Shown here piece by piece: positions 55,648 through 64,000 of a DNA stretch of 64,000 nt. Every line of letters starts with the position of its first letter. Position 1 is the first letter of the stretch. Both the position numbers and the translations under genes were made by a program. This DNA comes from a virus, in IMG/VR virus record IMGVR_UViG_3300048587_000983; one strand, 5' to 3'. Under the pieces are notes generated by a model, which did no database searches, was not told where the DNA came from, and worked only from the letters and a program-made list of their open reading frames with translations.

Positions 55648-55905
55648 TCACATATTGGCAGGAGCCGTCATTTTACTGGTCATAAGGTTTTTTGCACCGG
55701 TCGTGAGATCGTTCATCCGGCCAACCGACTTCGTCATGTCGTAGCCCGCACCCGCGGCCGTAGCGCTTACCATTGGATTTTTTACGAGCACCTTCCCTGC
55801 CCGGGACATACCCTGAAGTCCCATGCGTGCGACGGCCCCGATCATGGCCTCTTTGATAAGGTCTTTTGCGTCCGGAGCCAGCCTGGAGAGAAGATCGTCT
55901 TTCAC
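55648..55905 (-). CDS. Small head-module protein
   Basis: ATGA overlap; operon context. Confidence 0.7.
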   Translation of the reverse strand: MKDDLLSRLAPDAKDLIKEAMIGAVARMGLQGMSRAGKVLVKNPMVSATAAGAGYDMTKSVGRMNDLTTGAKNLMTSKMTAPANM

Positions 55906-56816
55906 AGCGCGCGCACCTTTTGTTTGATGATGCGAAGCTGATCCTGCGTGAGTTTCAGCTGCTGATCATAGTTACGAAGATCGTTGCTCTGATCGCGGAA
56001 AGTCTTGAGCGTAATGTAGAGCGGGTGGTTGCCGTTGACGATCTGCGCGGGAAGGGTGGGGCTGATGAGGCCTTCCGGGGCTTTGAGGTCAGCCCTCTTT
56101 TCGGCTTTTTCGCTGGCGGTTTTTACCTGCTCACGCGTAAGAAGCCCGTCACGGCCCAGCGAGGCTGCAACCTCCGAAACAAGGGGAGCCGCAAACTGCA
56201 TGCCGGCGCATTTGACAAACGAAGCCAGCTTATCGAGCGCTTCGAGTCGTTGTGGCTGATTCATGGCACTTGAGAGCACGAAATCACGCGCCTGCTTTAT
56301 GAAGGTGGCGGCGGTTGACTCACGCTGCATCGAGAGCATGGCGACCTTGTCCTGAAGCATCCTGTCCATGGCCTCAAGCTTTTGATTTGCATGCCGCAAC
56401 TCATGACGAAGCGAGGCCGTCTTGTCCTGCGACTCGGGTTTTACACCGAAGGCTTCAAAGGGGTCGGCTTCCGCTTTTTTGATGACAGGCTCCGGCATGG
56501 CGCTCGCAACTTTAGTTTCTCCCCCATCAGCCTGAAGCCGGCGAATGGCAACGGCGGCATCGGCAAGCGGGAAGTCGGCTGCAAAGTATTTGTCCTCGGC
56601 CGAGGCGAACTTTTGCCTATGGATTTCCTTGTTAATCTCGGCTGCCAGCACGTTGATGCTGTCAGGTGTGAGGTCTTCGGCCTGAGCTGTCTTGCAGAGG
56701 GCTTCGGTCGGAAGAGTCCCCTCATTCAGATACTGGCCTGCGATGGTCCCTGCCCATTCACGGAAATGATCCATGCTGAGCTTGCGGGCCCCGAACGAGC
56801 TGGGCTCAAAAAACAT
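55902..56816 (-). CDS. Head-module protein with many KxA motifs
   Basis: SD GGAGG; first gene of the - strand head operon. Confidence 0.75.
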   Translation of the reverse strand: MFFEPSSFGARKLSMDHFREWAGTIAGQYLNEGTLPTEALCKTAQAEDLTPDSINVLAAEINKEIHRQKFASAEDKYFAADFPLADAAVAIRRLQADGGETKVASAMPEPVIKKAEADPFEAFGVKPESQDKTASLRHELRHANQKLEAMDRMLQDKVAMLSMQRESTAATFIKQARDFVLSSAMNQPQRLEALDKLASFVKCAGMQFAAPLVSEVAASLGRDGLLTREQVKTASEKAEKRADLKAPEGLISPTLPAQIVNGNHPLYITLKTFRDQSNDLRNYDQQLKLTQDQLRIIKQKVRAL

Positions 56817-57013
56817 ATATGCCTCCCGCAGAAGGATTTAGCTTGTCATATTGTCGTGTGTATGTCTTATGGAAGTATAGCCGCAGGCAGGTTCTTAGTC
56901 CAAATATTTTATCTATTTTCCAGCCTTAGGCCACTTCTTTTTCGGAAGCGGCCTCCGTCGCCGGAGACCGCACTTGCGGGGGTTTTTCGGTAGGAGGACA
57001 GAAGAGCTAAAGC

Positions 57014-57262
57014 TCACTCTTTTCCGAGCACGCTATCGGCGATACGATTACCTAGACGCTCACCAAGCTTCCAGGCCCAACCTCTAACCGAGGAGATGAG
57101 ATGGGCACAGATAATCTGCTCGAAACTGGCCACAGCCTCCACATGCCTGTCCGTGTACCCCTTCATTCCGTGTTCCAGTTTTGCTCGAAGGGGAGGCGCA
57201 AAGAGAGGGTAATCCCGGTTTTCCTTGTGCCTCATAAAATCAATCACGTTTGACTTATCCAT
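57014..57262 (-). CDS. Hypothetical protein
   Basis: SD AGGAG. Confidence 0.6.
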   Translation of the reverse strand: MDKSNVIDFMRHKENRDYPLFAPPLRAKLEHGMKGYTDRHVEAVASFEQIICAHLISSVRGWAWKLGERLGNRIADSVLGKE

Positions 57263-57345
57263 ACGTACTCCTGCAATGGATTGACCGTCACTAGACTAAG
57301 GCAGTTTTTTATCAAACTGTCAATGTCCATCTGAAGGAAAAGTGC

Positions 57346-57585
57346 ATGTACCAATGTATTGGTTGCGAAACCCATGTCGATGAGAGCGGCCAGTGTTTCT
57401 GTGGAAAAACCTGCGTGGACCATAAGGGGCGCGTGTTTGGGGAGAACTTCATCGAGGTTGACGTATGCACAAGATCTGCTCGTAAATCCCATGTCTCAAC
57501 GTGTCCCTTCTGCGGATGGCGGGGTCTATGTGCCCCCCGTATTGGTCTGGGATGCCCGCGCCACGGGCTATGGGCGGAAAAGTAA
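57346..57585 (+). CDS. Cys-rich small protein
   Basis: Multiple CxxC motifs; SD AAGGA. Confidence 0.6.
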   Translation: MYQCIGCETHVDESGQCFCGKTCVDHKGRVFGENFIEVDVCTRSARKSHVSTCPFCGWRGLCAPRIGLGCPRHGLWAEK

Positions 57586-57646
57586 AAGCTCTTCTTTTTT
57601 CTTTCGATTTGCGCCGGTATGATGGCGAAAACATCGAGGGGAAAAC

Positions 57647-58111
57647 ATGAGGTTTGCTGAAATCGAGCGGCGCCTTCGCCGCCAGGCCAAGAGATTGCCA
57701 AAAAACGCAAGGTACACAAAACGCACCCAAAAGCTGGAGGTGGACCTTCTTCCCGAAACACGGACGGCCCCCCAGGAGCTAAAAAAGATCAAATCCTTTT
57801 TCAAGCTCGTGGCAAGCATTCCGACGACCCTTCCTGCTGAAGGGCAGATGGTCCTGCAGGCGCTCTTTGACTGTTTCGAGCGGAACGGCAATGTCCAGGA
57901 GGGGATCGTCGAGGAGCTGATGTGGGGTTTTGAGCAGTGCGGCTTTCCCAGAAAGCTGACCGCCCACGGACTCGTCTTCCTTGAAAAAGCCGGCTACGTG
58001 AAATTCCAGACCCGCGATGGTCTCTTCGTGGAGTTCGTTTCGGCAAAGCTTTCGGACAGCTGGATCCGCTACCAGCCCAAGCTTTTGGGGATGGTCTATG
58101 AAGCTGGTTGA
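57647..58111 (+). CDS. Hypothetical protein (possible winged helix)
   Basis: SD GAGG; L..LEKAGYV pattern. Confidence 0.65.
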   Translation: MRFAEIERRLRRQAKRLPKNARYTKRTQKLEVDLLPETRTAPQELKKIKSFFKLVASIPTTLPAEGQMVLQALFDCFERNGNVQEGIVEELMWGFEQCGFPRKLTAHGLVFLEKAGYVKFQTRDGLFVEFVSAKLSDSWIRYQPKLLGMVYEAG

Positions 58112-59129
58112 GGGTGAGTGTGTCATCAACTATCCTTCGCGGACAGAGCCAAGGAAGCCTCTTAGGGTCCTGCACCTTAGCGATACGCAGCTCTCTGGCA
58201 GCCCCGTGCGAATCTCAAAGCTTTTGAATAAATATAGCGACGGCCGAATCGAATCGAAGCATATCACCTGGCAGCCGACCTTCGGCTACAGGAGCTTCGA
58301 GTGCGATCTCATAGGCATGGATCTGAGGCCGGCGCAGCTCGCGTATCTCGTCTATGAATGGGCGGACGTCATCCACTATCACAACAGATGGCGGCGGCAG
58401 GAGATCTTCAGAAGAATGGAGCTGGCCCCGCCTTGCAGGCCGTCTGTCATCCAAATGCACAGCCCGCGACACGAGGGTGAGGACTTTCGGGATGAGGTCA
58501 ACTCAAAAATCCCTTTGGCCATCATTGCCCAGTATCATGTGCGTCAGTGGCCGGAGCTCTCCTTTATCGTCCCGAATGTCGTCGACATCCACTCCCCGGA
58601 AAACACAAGAGAGCCGCCGCCCGAGGTCGTCAAGCGCCCCGTGGTTTCATTTGCGCCGAGCAATACCAACGGCAGGGGCTGGAACGACAAGGGTTATGGT
58701 GTCGTTGCGCCTGTTCTCAAAAGGATGAAGATTCGGGGCGACATAAGCTTTCAGCTTCTCACGGGTCTGCCCCACCGCGACGTGATGGCTAAAAAAAGAC
58801 TTGCCCATATCGGCATCGATGAGATCGTAACGGGCAGCTACCATCTCAGCAGCCTGGAGTACCTTTCGCTCGGCATCGCCTGCTTTGCCAATATCGACCG
58901 CGCGACGGAAAGAGCCGTGAAGGATCTTACGGGTTGCGAGTGGCTGCCGTGGCTTGCGGCCTCCGAGTCAAACTTTGAAAGTCGCATCAGACACACTGTT
59001 CAGAGCGGAAGCTGGCTTGAGCAGGGGCGTTCCTCACGCCTTTGGATGGAAAGATACTGGAGTCCGGGCCGCCTTATCGAGCACTATGAGCGCATGTACC
59101 ACACTCTTGTCACGAACTTTACTCCGTAG
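58098..59129 (+). CDS. Glycosyltransferase-like protein (GT-B)
   Basis: DVIHYHN, IVPNVVD, IGIDEIVTGSYHLSSLEYLSLG. Confidence 0.7.
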   Translation: MKLVEGECVINYPSRTEPRKPLRVLHLSDTQLSGSPVRISKLLNKYSDGRIESKHITWQPTFGYRSFECDLIGMDLRPAQLAYLVYEWADVIHYHNRWRRQEIFRRMELAPPCRPSVIQMHSPRHEGEDFRDEVNSKIPLAIIAQYHVRQWPELSFIVPNVVDIHSPENTREPPPEVVKRPVVSFAPSNTNGRGWNDKGYGVVAPVLKRMKIRGDISFQLLTGLPHRDVMAKKRLAHIGIDEIVTGSYHLSSLEYLSLGIACFANIDRATERAVKDLTGCEWLPWLAASESNFESRIRHTVQSGSWLEQGRSSRLWMERYWSPGRLIEHYERMYHTLVTNFTP

Positions 59130-59137
59130 GAGAGTCC

Positions 59138-59467
59138 ATGAACGACAAGCCCTTCGATCCGGATCCCGTGATTGAAGCTCTAAGAATGCCCTATCACGTT
59201 GCGTCGGCCTTTAAAAGCATCTGTCTTGCCGCCCAGGCCTCCGCCCCTGAGGATAAGCTCATACTGATGGCGGCAGCCCAGGAGCACGTCGACAATGAGC
59301 TCGTACGTCTTCGGCTCATCCTTCAAAAGCCAAAGGAAACGTCTCAACCTGATCGGCTTTTCGGAGCTGTCCTCGATCCGGATTACGGCCTGACCGAGGA
59401 GGCTCTGAGCGAGGCTTACCAGATTAGAGATAACCTCCGCCAAAGAAAGGATGGAGGCGAAAAATGA
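59138..59467 (+). CDS. Hypothetical protein
   Basis: SD AGGAG. Confidence 0.65.
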   Translation: MNDKPFDPDPVIEALRMPYHVASAFKSICLAAQASAPEDKLILMAAAQEHVDNELVRLRLILQKPKETSQPDRLFGAVLDPDYGLTEEALSEAYQIRDNLRQRKDGGEK

Positions 59468-61410
59468 AGGTCCTCTTTCACATCCCCTTTCCGGCCGTTG
59501 GCGGTGCGGAAACGCAGATCCAGTATCTTATCCGCCACCTCTCGCCCGGCATCGCTCCCGTGGTTACATACGAATACCCGGAGGTAGAGGCCTTCGTTAA
59601 GTCGCTTCCTCGTGTCGTGGCCTATCGCGTTTTCTCGCCGATGAATCTTGCAAAAGTTATCGACCAGAGTCGCCCCGATGTGATCCATTTCTACCACTCC
59701 CATACCATGTACGGCGCTCTGAAAAAGGCAAGGCATCGCCCGAAGACGGTCGAGGTTGTCCACAATCGTCTCGGCTTTGGCGGTGATTCAACAAGCTACG
59801 CAAAAGACCTGACCGACATCGTCGTCTGCGTATCGCCCGATGCCGAGAAGTATTTCAAATCGAAGATGCCCGATGTCCTGACGAGGGTCATCCCGAACGG
59901 CGTGGACACCTCAGTCTTTACCCCCGCACCGCAGCGGACAAAGCGCGCAATCCCCAAGGGTGGGTTCACGGGACGGCTTGAGGCCGGGTGGGGCAAGGGC
60001 ATCCCGGAGCTGATAAGCCTGATGGCCGGGCAGCCCGCCGAGTTCGAGCTTGTCGGCGTGGACTACGGCGGCTACAAAAAAAAGCTTAAGGACGAGGCAA
60101 TTTTTAACGTCAAGGTCCGCGACTACACGCCCGATACGGTGCGCTACTACCACGACTGGGACTTTTTCGTGAGTTACAGCCCCAGCGAAGGTTTCGGACT
60201 TTCCATAGCCGAGGCCCTGGCTTGCGGCCTCCCAACCCTGGTCTTTAACTGCGGGGGCGTCTGTCACTGGATCGAGCGTGACAAGCATGCCTTCGTCGCT
60301 GACTCGGACAGTGAGATGCGGGCTCTTTTGCCAAAACTATGGTCGCCTGAAGGGGCAACGCTTACCCCTCTTGCGCTCGATCTTTCTGCCGCAAAGATGG
60401 CTCGCGCCTATGAAGAGCTCTGGGTTGATCTTACGCTCGGCCGCATCAGGAAAAACCCAAATCCTCCTCGTGCCGCACGCGGGAGAATTCCCTTAAGCAA
60501 CGCTGTTCTGGGTGTCACGTGCCACGACTGGTGGGGCGTCAGGCGCGCTCTTGATGGGGTGTGTACGAACTTCTCAACGCCGCAGGACGCCGTCCGGACG
60601 ATCAAGCTTACAAGGCCGAAGGTGGTGGTCTTCGGCTGTTATCAGATGGCCTGGGAGAATGTTCTTCATGCGGCAAAGGCTGAGGGCTGCACGACGGTCC
60701 TCACGTGGCACGCGAGCTACATCCTCAACGAATTCAATCACGTCAACCGCGAGTGGATGTTCCATGGGCTCAAAGCCGCAAAGGCCGGGTTTTTCGACTT
60801 CGTGGCGACCCCTCACGAAGGGCTTGCGAAAACATGGACCCATTACGGAATCGAAACCGATTTCCTGCCCAACGTCGTTGCCGCCGAGCTCCACCCTGTG
60901 CCAAAACTTGAGGGTTTTCATGTCGGCATCTGGGGTTCGGGTCAGCCCTGGAAAAATATGGATGCCCAGATAATAGCAGCGGACATGGCGGGAGCCGACG
61001 TGCATATCCAGGCCATCCAGCACCCGCAGTCCCTCGAATCGCTCGGCATCACCCCAAAGCGCCACCCAAGACTTCCATCCGATGAGGCCTACTATCGTCT
61101 TGTCGGGAGCATGCAGATCAACCTTTGCATGAGTCTCAGTGAAGTCTACAGCTACCTGACGGCCGAGAGTCTTCTCATGGGGGTTCCGATCCTGACAACG
61201 CCGATCACTCCGGTGTTAAAGGACGCCCCGGGAATCCTGAACGTTTGCCGCAACCCGCACTTTGAAGACCCTTATGAAATCGCGCAGGCGCTCCGATGTA
61301 TAGCTGAAAACCACGATGCAATATCGAAGGCGGGCCAGCAGCACATGACCGCCCTCAACGAGATGAACAAAGAGATTGCTGCCCGCGTTCGGGCCAAATG
61401 GCTGGAGTAG
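59464..61410 (+). CDS. Tandem GT4 (group 1) glycosyltransferase
   Basis: GGAETQI, VIPNGVD, SEGFGLSIAEALACGLP; second GT-B module ending SEVYSYLTAESLLMGVP. Confidence 0.88.
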   Translation: MKVLFHIPFPAVGGAETQIQYLIRHLSPGIAPVVTYEYPEVEAFVKSLPRVVAYRVFSPMNLAKVIDQSRPDVIHFYHSHTMYGALKKARHRPKTVEVVHNRLGFGGDSTSYAKDLTDIVVCVSPDAEKYFKSKMPDVLTRVIPNGVDTSVFTPAPQRTKRAIPKGGFTGRLEAGWGKGIPELISLMAGQPAEFELVGVDYGGYKKKLKDEAIFNVKVRDYTPDTVRYYHDWDFFVSYSPSEGFGLSIAEALACGLPTLVFNCGGVCHWIERDKHAFVADSDSEMRALLPKLWSPEGATLTPLALDLSAAKMARAYEELWVDLTLGRIRKNPNPPRAARGRIPLSNAVLGVTCHDWWGVRRALDGVCTNFSTPQDAVRTIKLTRPKVVVFGCYQMAWENVLHAAKAEGCTTVLTWHASYILNEFNHVNREWMFHGLKAAKAGFFDFVATPHEGLAKTWTHYGIETDFLPNVVAAELHPVPKLEGFHVGIWGSGQPWKNMDAQIIAADMAGADVHIQAIQHPQSLESLGITPKRHPRLPSDEAYYRLVGSMQINLCMSLSEVYSYLTAESLLMGVPILTTPITPVLKDAPGILNVCRNPHFEDPYEIAQALRCIAENHDAISKAGQQHMTALNEMNKEIAARVRAKWLE

Positions 61411-61412
61411 GC

Positions 61413-62357
61413 ATGAGAGTCGCTCTGATCGACACTGATAAAAACGGCTACGAGTATTCCTTCGCCCCGATTGCCAGACTTCTTCTTGAGGCAGGGCATG
61501 AGGTCATGGCCGTTTATAGCGGTGCCGTCGGCCCGTCCGACCCTCGTGTGCGGTTTGGAAGCTGCAGCTGGGCCCTTTTCGATCTCGCCCCGCTTGTGGC
61601 TTTCGACCCGGATCGCGTCATCATCTTTAATGGTTTTCATAAGGCCATCCATGCCGCCGCCCGCTGCATTGAGCAGAGGTGGCGAACGCTTTATATGGAA
61701 CACGGCTGGCTTCCCCAGAGGGAAAATAACTACATCGACCCAAAGGGGACGGGTGCGAGGAGTTCGCTTTTGACCTCGTGGGAACGTTACAAAGGAAAGC
61801 CGGATCGGGTTTTTGCGACGATGCGCGAGCTCAAGAACATCTATAAGCCCTCGCGCCCCGAAATGCAGCTGCCGCGGAACTATATCCTCGTCCCTCTCCA
61901 GCTGGAGCGCGACACCTCCATCGTCTACGACAGCCCTTACTTCAAGTCGATGGCAAGCCTTGTGGGTTTTGTGCAAAGGCATTTCCCTGACTACCCCCTC
62001 GTTGTAAAGCTCCACCCAATGGACGATACACTTTTCGACTTCAATAACGTGACAATGGTTCCGAAAAACGTGCCTATCAACGATCTCGTGCCAGGGGCGG
62101 AGTTCGTGATTGGGATCAATTCGACAAGCCTCATCGAAGCCCTCGTCCACGGAAAGCGTGTGGGCGCCCTCGGGCTCAGTGTGGCCAGCGGCAAAGGCGT
62201 TTTCTACGAAGGGGATCGCATGTGGAAAAATCCACGAGGAATCCTCAGCTGGGAAGCGGACCCTTCCATTCGTTGGCAGGTGCTCGACGCGCTCTGCCAC
62301 GCGCAGTATCCGCGCGCAAGCCCGCCACGGGCACTACTTCAAAAAATATTCAGCTAG
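61413..62357 (+). CDS. Capsule polysaccharide biosynthesis protein (KpsS/KpsC-like)
   Basis: YMEHGWLP...IDPKG, VPLQLERDTSI, VKLHP, INSTSLIEALVHGK. Confidence 0.8.
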   Translation: MRVALIDTDKNGYEYSFAPIARLLLEAGHEVMAVYSGAVGPSDPRVRFGSCSWALFDLAPLVAFDPDRVIIFNGFHKAIHAAARCIEQRWRTLYMEHGWLPQRENNYIDPKGTGARSSLLTSWERYKGKPDRVFATMRELKNIYKPSRPEMQLPRNYILVPLQLERDTSIVYDSPYFKSMASLVGFVQRHFPDYPLVVKLHPMDDTLFDFNNVTMVPKNVPINDLVPGAEFVIGINSTSLIEALVHGKRVGALGLSVASGKGVFYEGDRMWKNPRGILSWEADPSIRWQVLDALCHAQYPRASPPRALLQKIFS

Positions 62358-62360
62358 TCG

Positions 62361-62380
62361 GGTATAAGTATTGTGAAGGA
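62361..62380 (+). promoter_or_regulatory. GGTATAAG promoter-like motif
   Basis: GGTATAAG TATTGTGAAGGA. Confidence 0.6.
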
Positions 62381-62472
62381 AAAAATACGTTTTTCCGCCT
62401 GCCGCGAGAGATGGGGGCAGACGAAAGAACGGTATAGGCGACGCTGTCGTTGTCATAACTGTGGCTTCGGCC

Positions 62473-62500
62473 GAGCCGCCGGGGCAGCCCGGCTCTTTTT
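62473..62500 (+). terminator. Rho-independent terminator
   Basis: GAGCCG...CGGCTC followed by TTTTT. Confidence 0.65.
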
Positions 62501-62535
62501 AGCTGTGGACTAACCATAACCATAACCATATCCAG

Positions 62536-62856
62536 TTATGAATCCTCCCGCTCGCAGTCCCAATCGCTATTTTGGAGCTTGAGCGCAACCTCTTCAGCCT
62601 TCGCCTCACAAAAGGAAAAATCCCGCAGAGCCTTGCCAATGATGGCGTCGGGTCTACCCTCGTCTGCTTTCCTGTAGACGATCTCACAGGGGAGAACGCC
62701 GTAGGGCTCGGCCTGGATCAGGAGTTTACGGACCACTCCATTTTTTTTACAGATCCACTCCTGCTTCCCCTCTGCCGGGGTTGAGCCCAAAAGCAGAGAC
62801 GCCAAAAAGACAAGTCCTGGCAGACAAAGCCTCGGTCGCCGTGGCCTCAAATCCAT
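62536..62856 (-). CDS. Small secreted protein
   Basis: Signal peptide; W.C...C...C...W.C pattern. Confidence 0.65.
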   Translation of the reverse strand: MDLRPRRPRLCLPGLVFLASLLLGSTPAEGKQEWICKKNGVVRKLLIQAEPYGVLPCEIVYRKADEGRPDAIIGKALRDFSFCEAKAEEVALKLQNSDWDCEREDS

Positions 62857-62877
62857 GCGTGATCCTTTCAGGATTGC

Positions 62878-62897
62878 GGTATAAGCTCGTTGGAAAA
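62878..62897 (+). promoter_or_regulatory. GGTATAAG promoter-like motif upstream of polA
   Basis: GGTATAAG CTCGTTGGAAAA. Confidence 0.55.
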
Positions 62898-62926
62898 TCC
62901 TATGCTCTAATATTTTCGGAGTCTAA

Positions 62927-64000
62927 ATGAATGTCAAGCTGCTGCGAACCACGCAGGAAGTTCACGAGCTTTTGCCGACAGTCATGGGTAAGCCGGCCTG
63001 GGGTGTTGACTCGGAAACAACAGGCCTCGACCCGCTCGTGGACTCCATACTCATGTTTCAGATCGGCAACTACGACGACCAGTACATCATCGACACGCGA
63101 ACGGCCTCGCTTGAGCCCTTGAGACCTTTCTTTGAGAGCACCTCCCATAAAAAAATCGCCCACAACATGGCCTTTGACTGGAAGATGGTGAAGGCGAACT
63201 ACGGGATCGAGCTTGAAAATATCCGCGATACCTTCCTCGCCGAGCACCTTCTTTTCAACGGGAAAAGGTTCAACGGCTTCGGTCTTGACGACGTCCTCCT
63301 CTCCTATCTCGATGTCGTTATTTCAAAGGAGGAGCGAAAGATCTTCGGCAAGGGGATGATCCACGGCGAGTACAGCCGCGAGTCGATTGAGTACGCCGGC
63401 AACGACGTCAAGTTCCTCCTGCCCCTTGCCCAAAAGCAGTGCGAGGCCCTTTTCCGGGACGACCTCGCCAACGTCTGGCTTCTTGAGTGCGATGTGCTTC
63501 CCTGCTTTTGCGAAATGGAGCTGGAGGGACACTACCTCAACAGTGCCGAGTGGCGAAAGCTTATGGAGATCAATCTCAAAAAACTCCTCGATATTGAGAA
63601 CTACCTCGACGTCATGGCGAGGCCTTACGTCCAAAGCGATCTTTTCGGAAAGCCTGACATCAACTACGCCTCGACCGAGCAGATCCTGGAGCTTCTGCAA
63701 AAGATGGGCGTGACCAAGACCGAGCAGAACCGTAAGACCCGCGTATGGGAACAGGTTCCGCTCAACGACACGAGCAAGAAAACCCTCCTGAAGATAGAAA
63801 ACAACGAGTTCGTGGATGCCATCAAACAGTACCGAGCCCTTAAAAAGAGAATCACCGACTTTGGTCAAACCTTCCTCGACGCCGAGCACCCGGCCACGGG
63901 CCGCATCCACCCCATGTATAAGCAGATGGGCGCTGAAACAGGAAGACCTTCCAAGGCGACCGACGGCAAATTCAACCCGCTCAATATCCCGCGTGACCTG
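62927..64000 (+). CDS. polA: Family A DNA polymerase (3'-5' exonuclease plus polymerase), 3'-truncated; not in the ORF track
   Basis: MNVKLL...GVDSETTGLDP (ExoI), AHNMAFD (ExoII), YAGNDV (ExoIII), INYASTEQ, GRIHP.YKQMGAETGR. Confidence 0.92.
   Translation, partial: MNVKLLRTTQEVHELLPTVMGKPAWGVDSETTGLDPLVDSILMFQIGNYDDQYIIDTRTASLEPLRPFFESTSHKKIAHNMAFDWKMVKANYGIELENIRDTFLAEHLLFNGKRFNGFGLDDVLLSYLDVVISKEERKIFGKGMIHGEYSRESIEYAGNDVKFLLPLAQKQCEALFRDDLANVWLLECDVLPCFCEMELEGHYLNSAEWRKLMEINLKKLLDIENYLDVMARPYVQSDLFGKPDINYASTEQILELLQKMGVTKTEQNRKTRVWEQVPLNDTSKKTLLKIENNEFVDAIKQYRALKKRITDFGQTFLDAEHPATGRIHPMYKQMGAETGRPSKATDGKFNPLNIPRDL

Noticed and set aside
62512-62529. (AACCAT)x3 microsatellite
   Set aside because: Short, intergenic between convergent genes, with no evidence of function or phase variation.
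1-64000. Stop-codon reassignment (alternative genetic code), as in some huge phages
   Set aside because: Known genes (sheath, capsid, PolA, DnaN, GT4) are full-length in code 11, and TAA, TAG and TGA all occur as genuine stops.

Overview
This window looks like a 64-kb segment of a large (probably jumbo or huge) lytic myophage genome in the standard genetic code. 1-2985: a compact CRISPR-like locus. It has the 3' part of a Cas7fv-like gene, a Cas5fv-like gene, and directly behind them about 29 units of a non-canonical array (4-6 bp hairpin, usually GCTC-loop-GAGC, then GNTA(G), then a unique spacer). The array is conserved as RNA structure rather than sequence, and its spacer lengths step in 6-nt increments. 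No cas6, cas1, cas2 or cas3 and no leader are visible in the window. This is the most interesting signal here. 3.1-38 kb (+ strand): early and replication genes behind a repeated GGTATAAG promoter-like motif, including lipoproteins, a receiver-domain protein, a CHAP endolysin, a putative iteron origin at 10.9-11.4 kb, an SMC/SbcC ATPase, a HAD phosphatase, DnaJ, DnaN, dUTPase, a Cas4/RecB-like nuclease, SSB and a resolvase. 38.07-38.15 kb: an atypical tRNA-like element. 38.2-56.8 kb (- strand): the virion module (prohead protease, major capsid, neck, sheath, tube), whose small proteins share an FWxGFxKxA leader and many K-x-A sites. 58-64 kb (+ strand): a glycosyltransferase cluster and a family A DNA polymerase that runs off the window end. 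All protein family calls come from motif recognition by eye and from memory; no database search was run.
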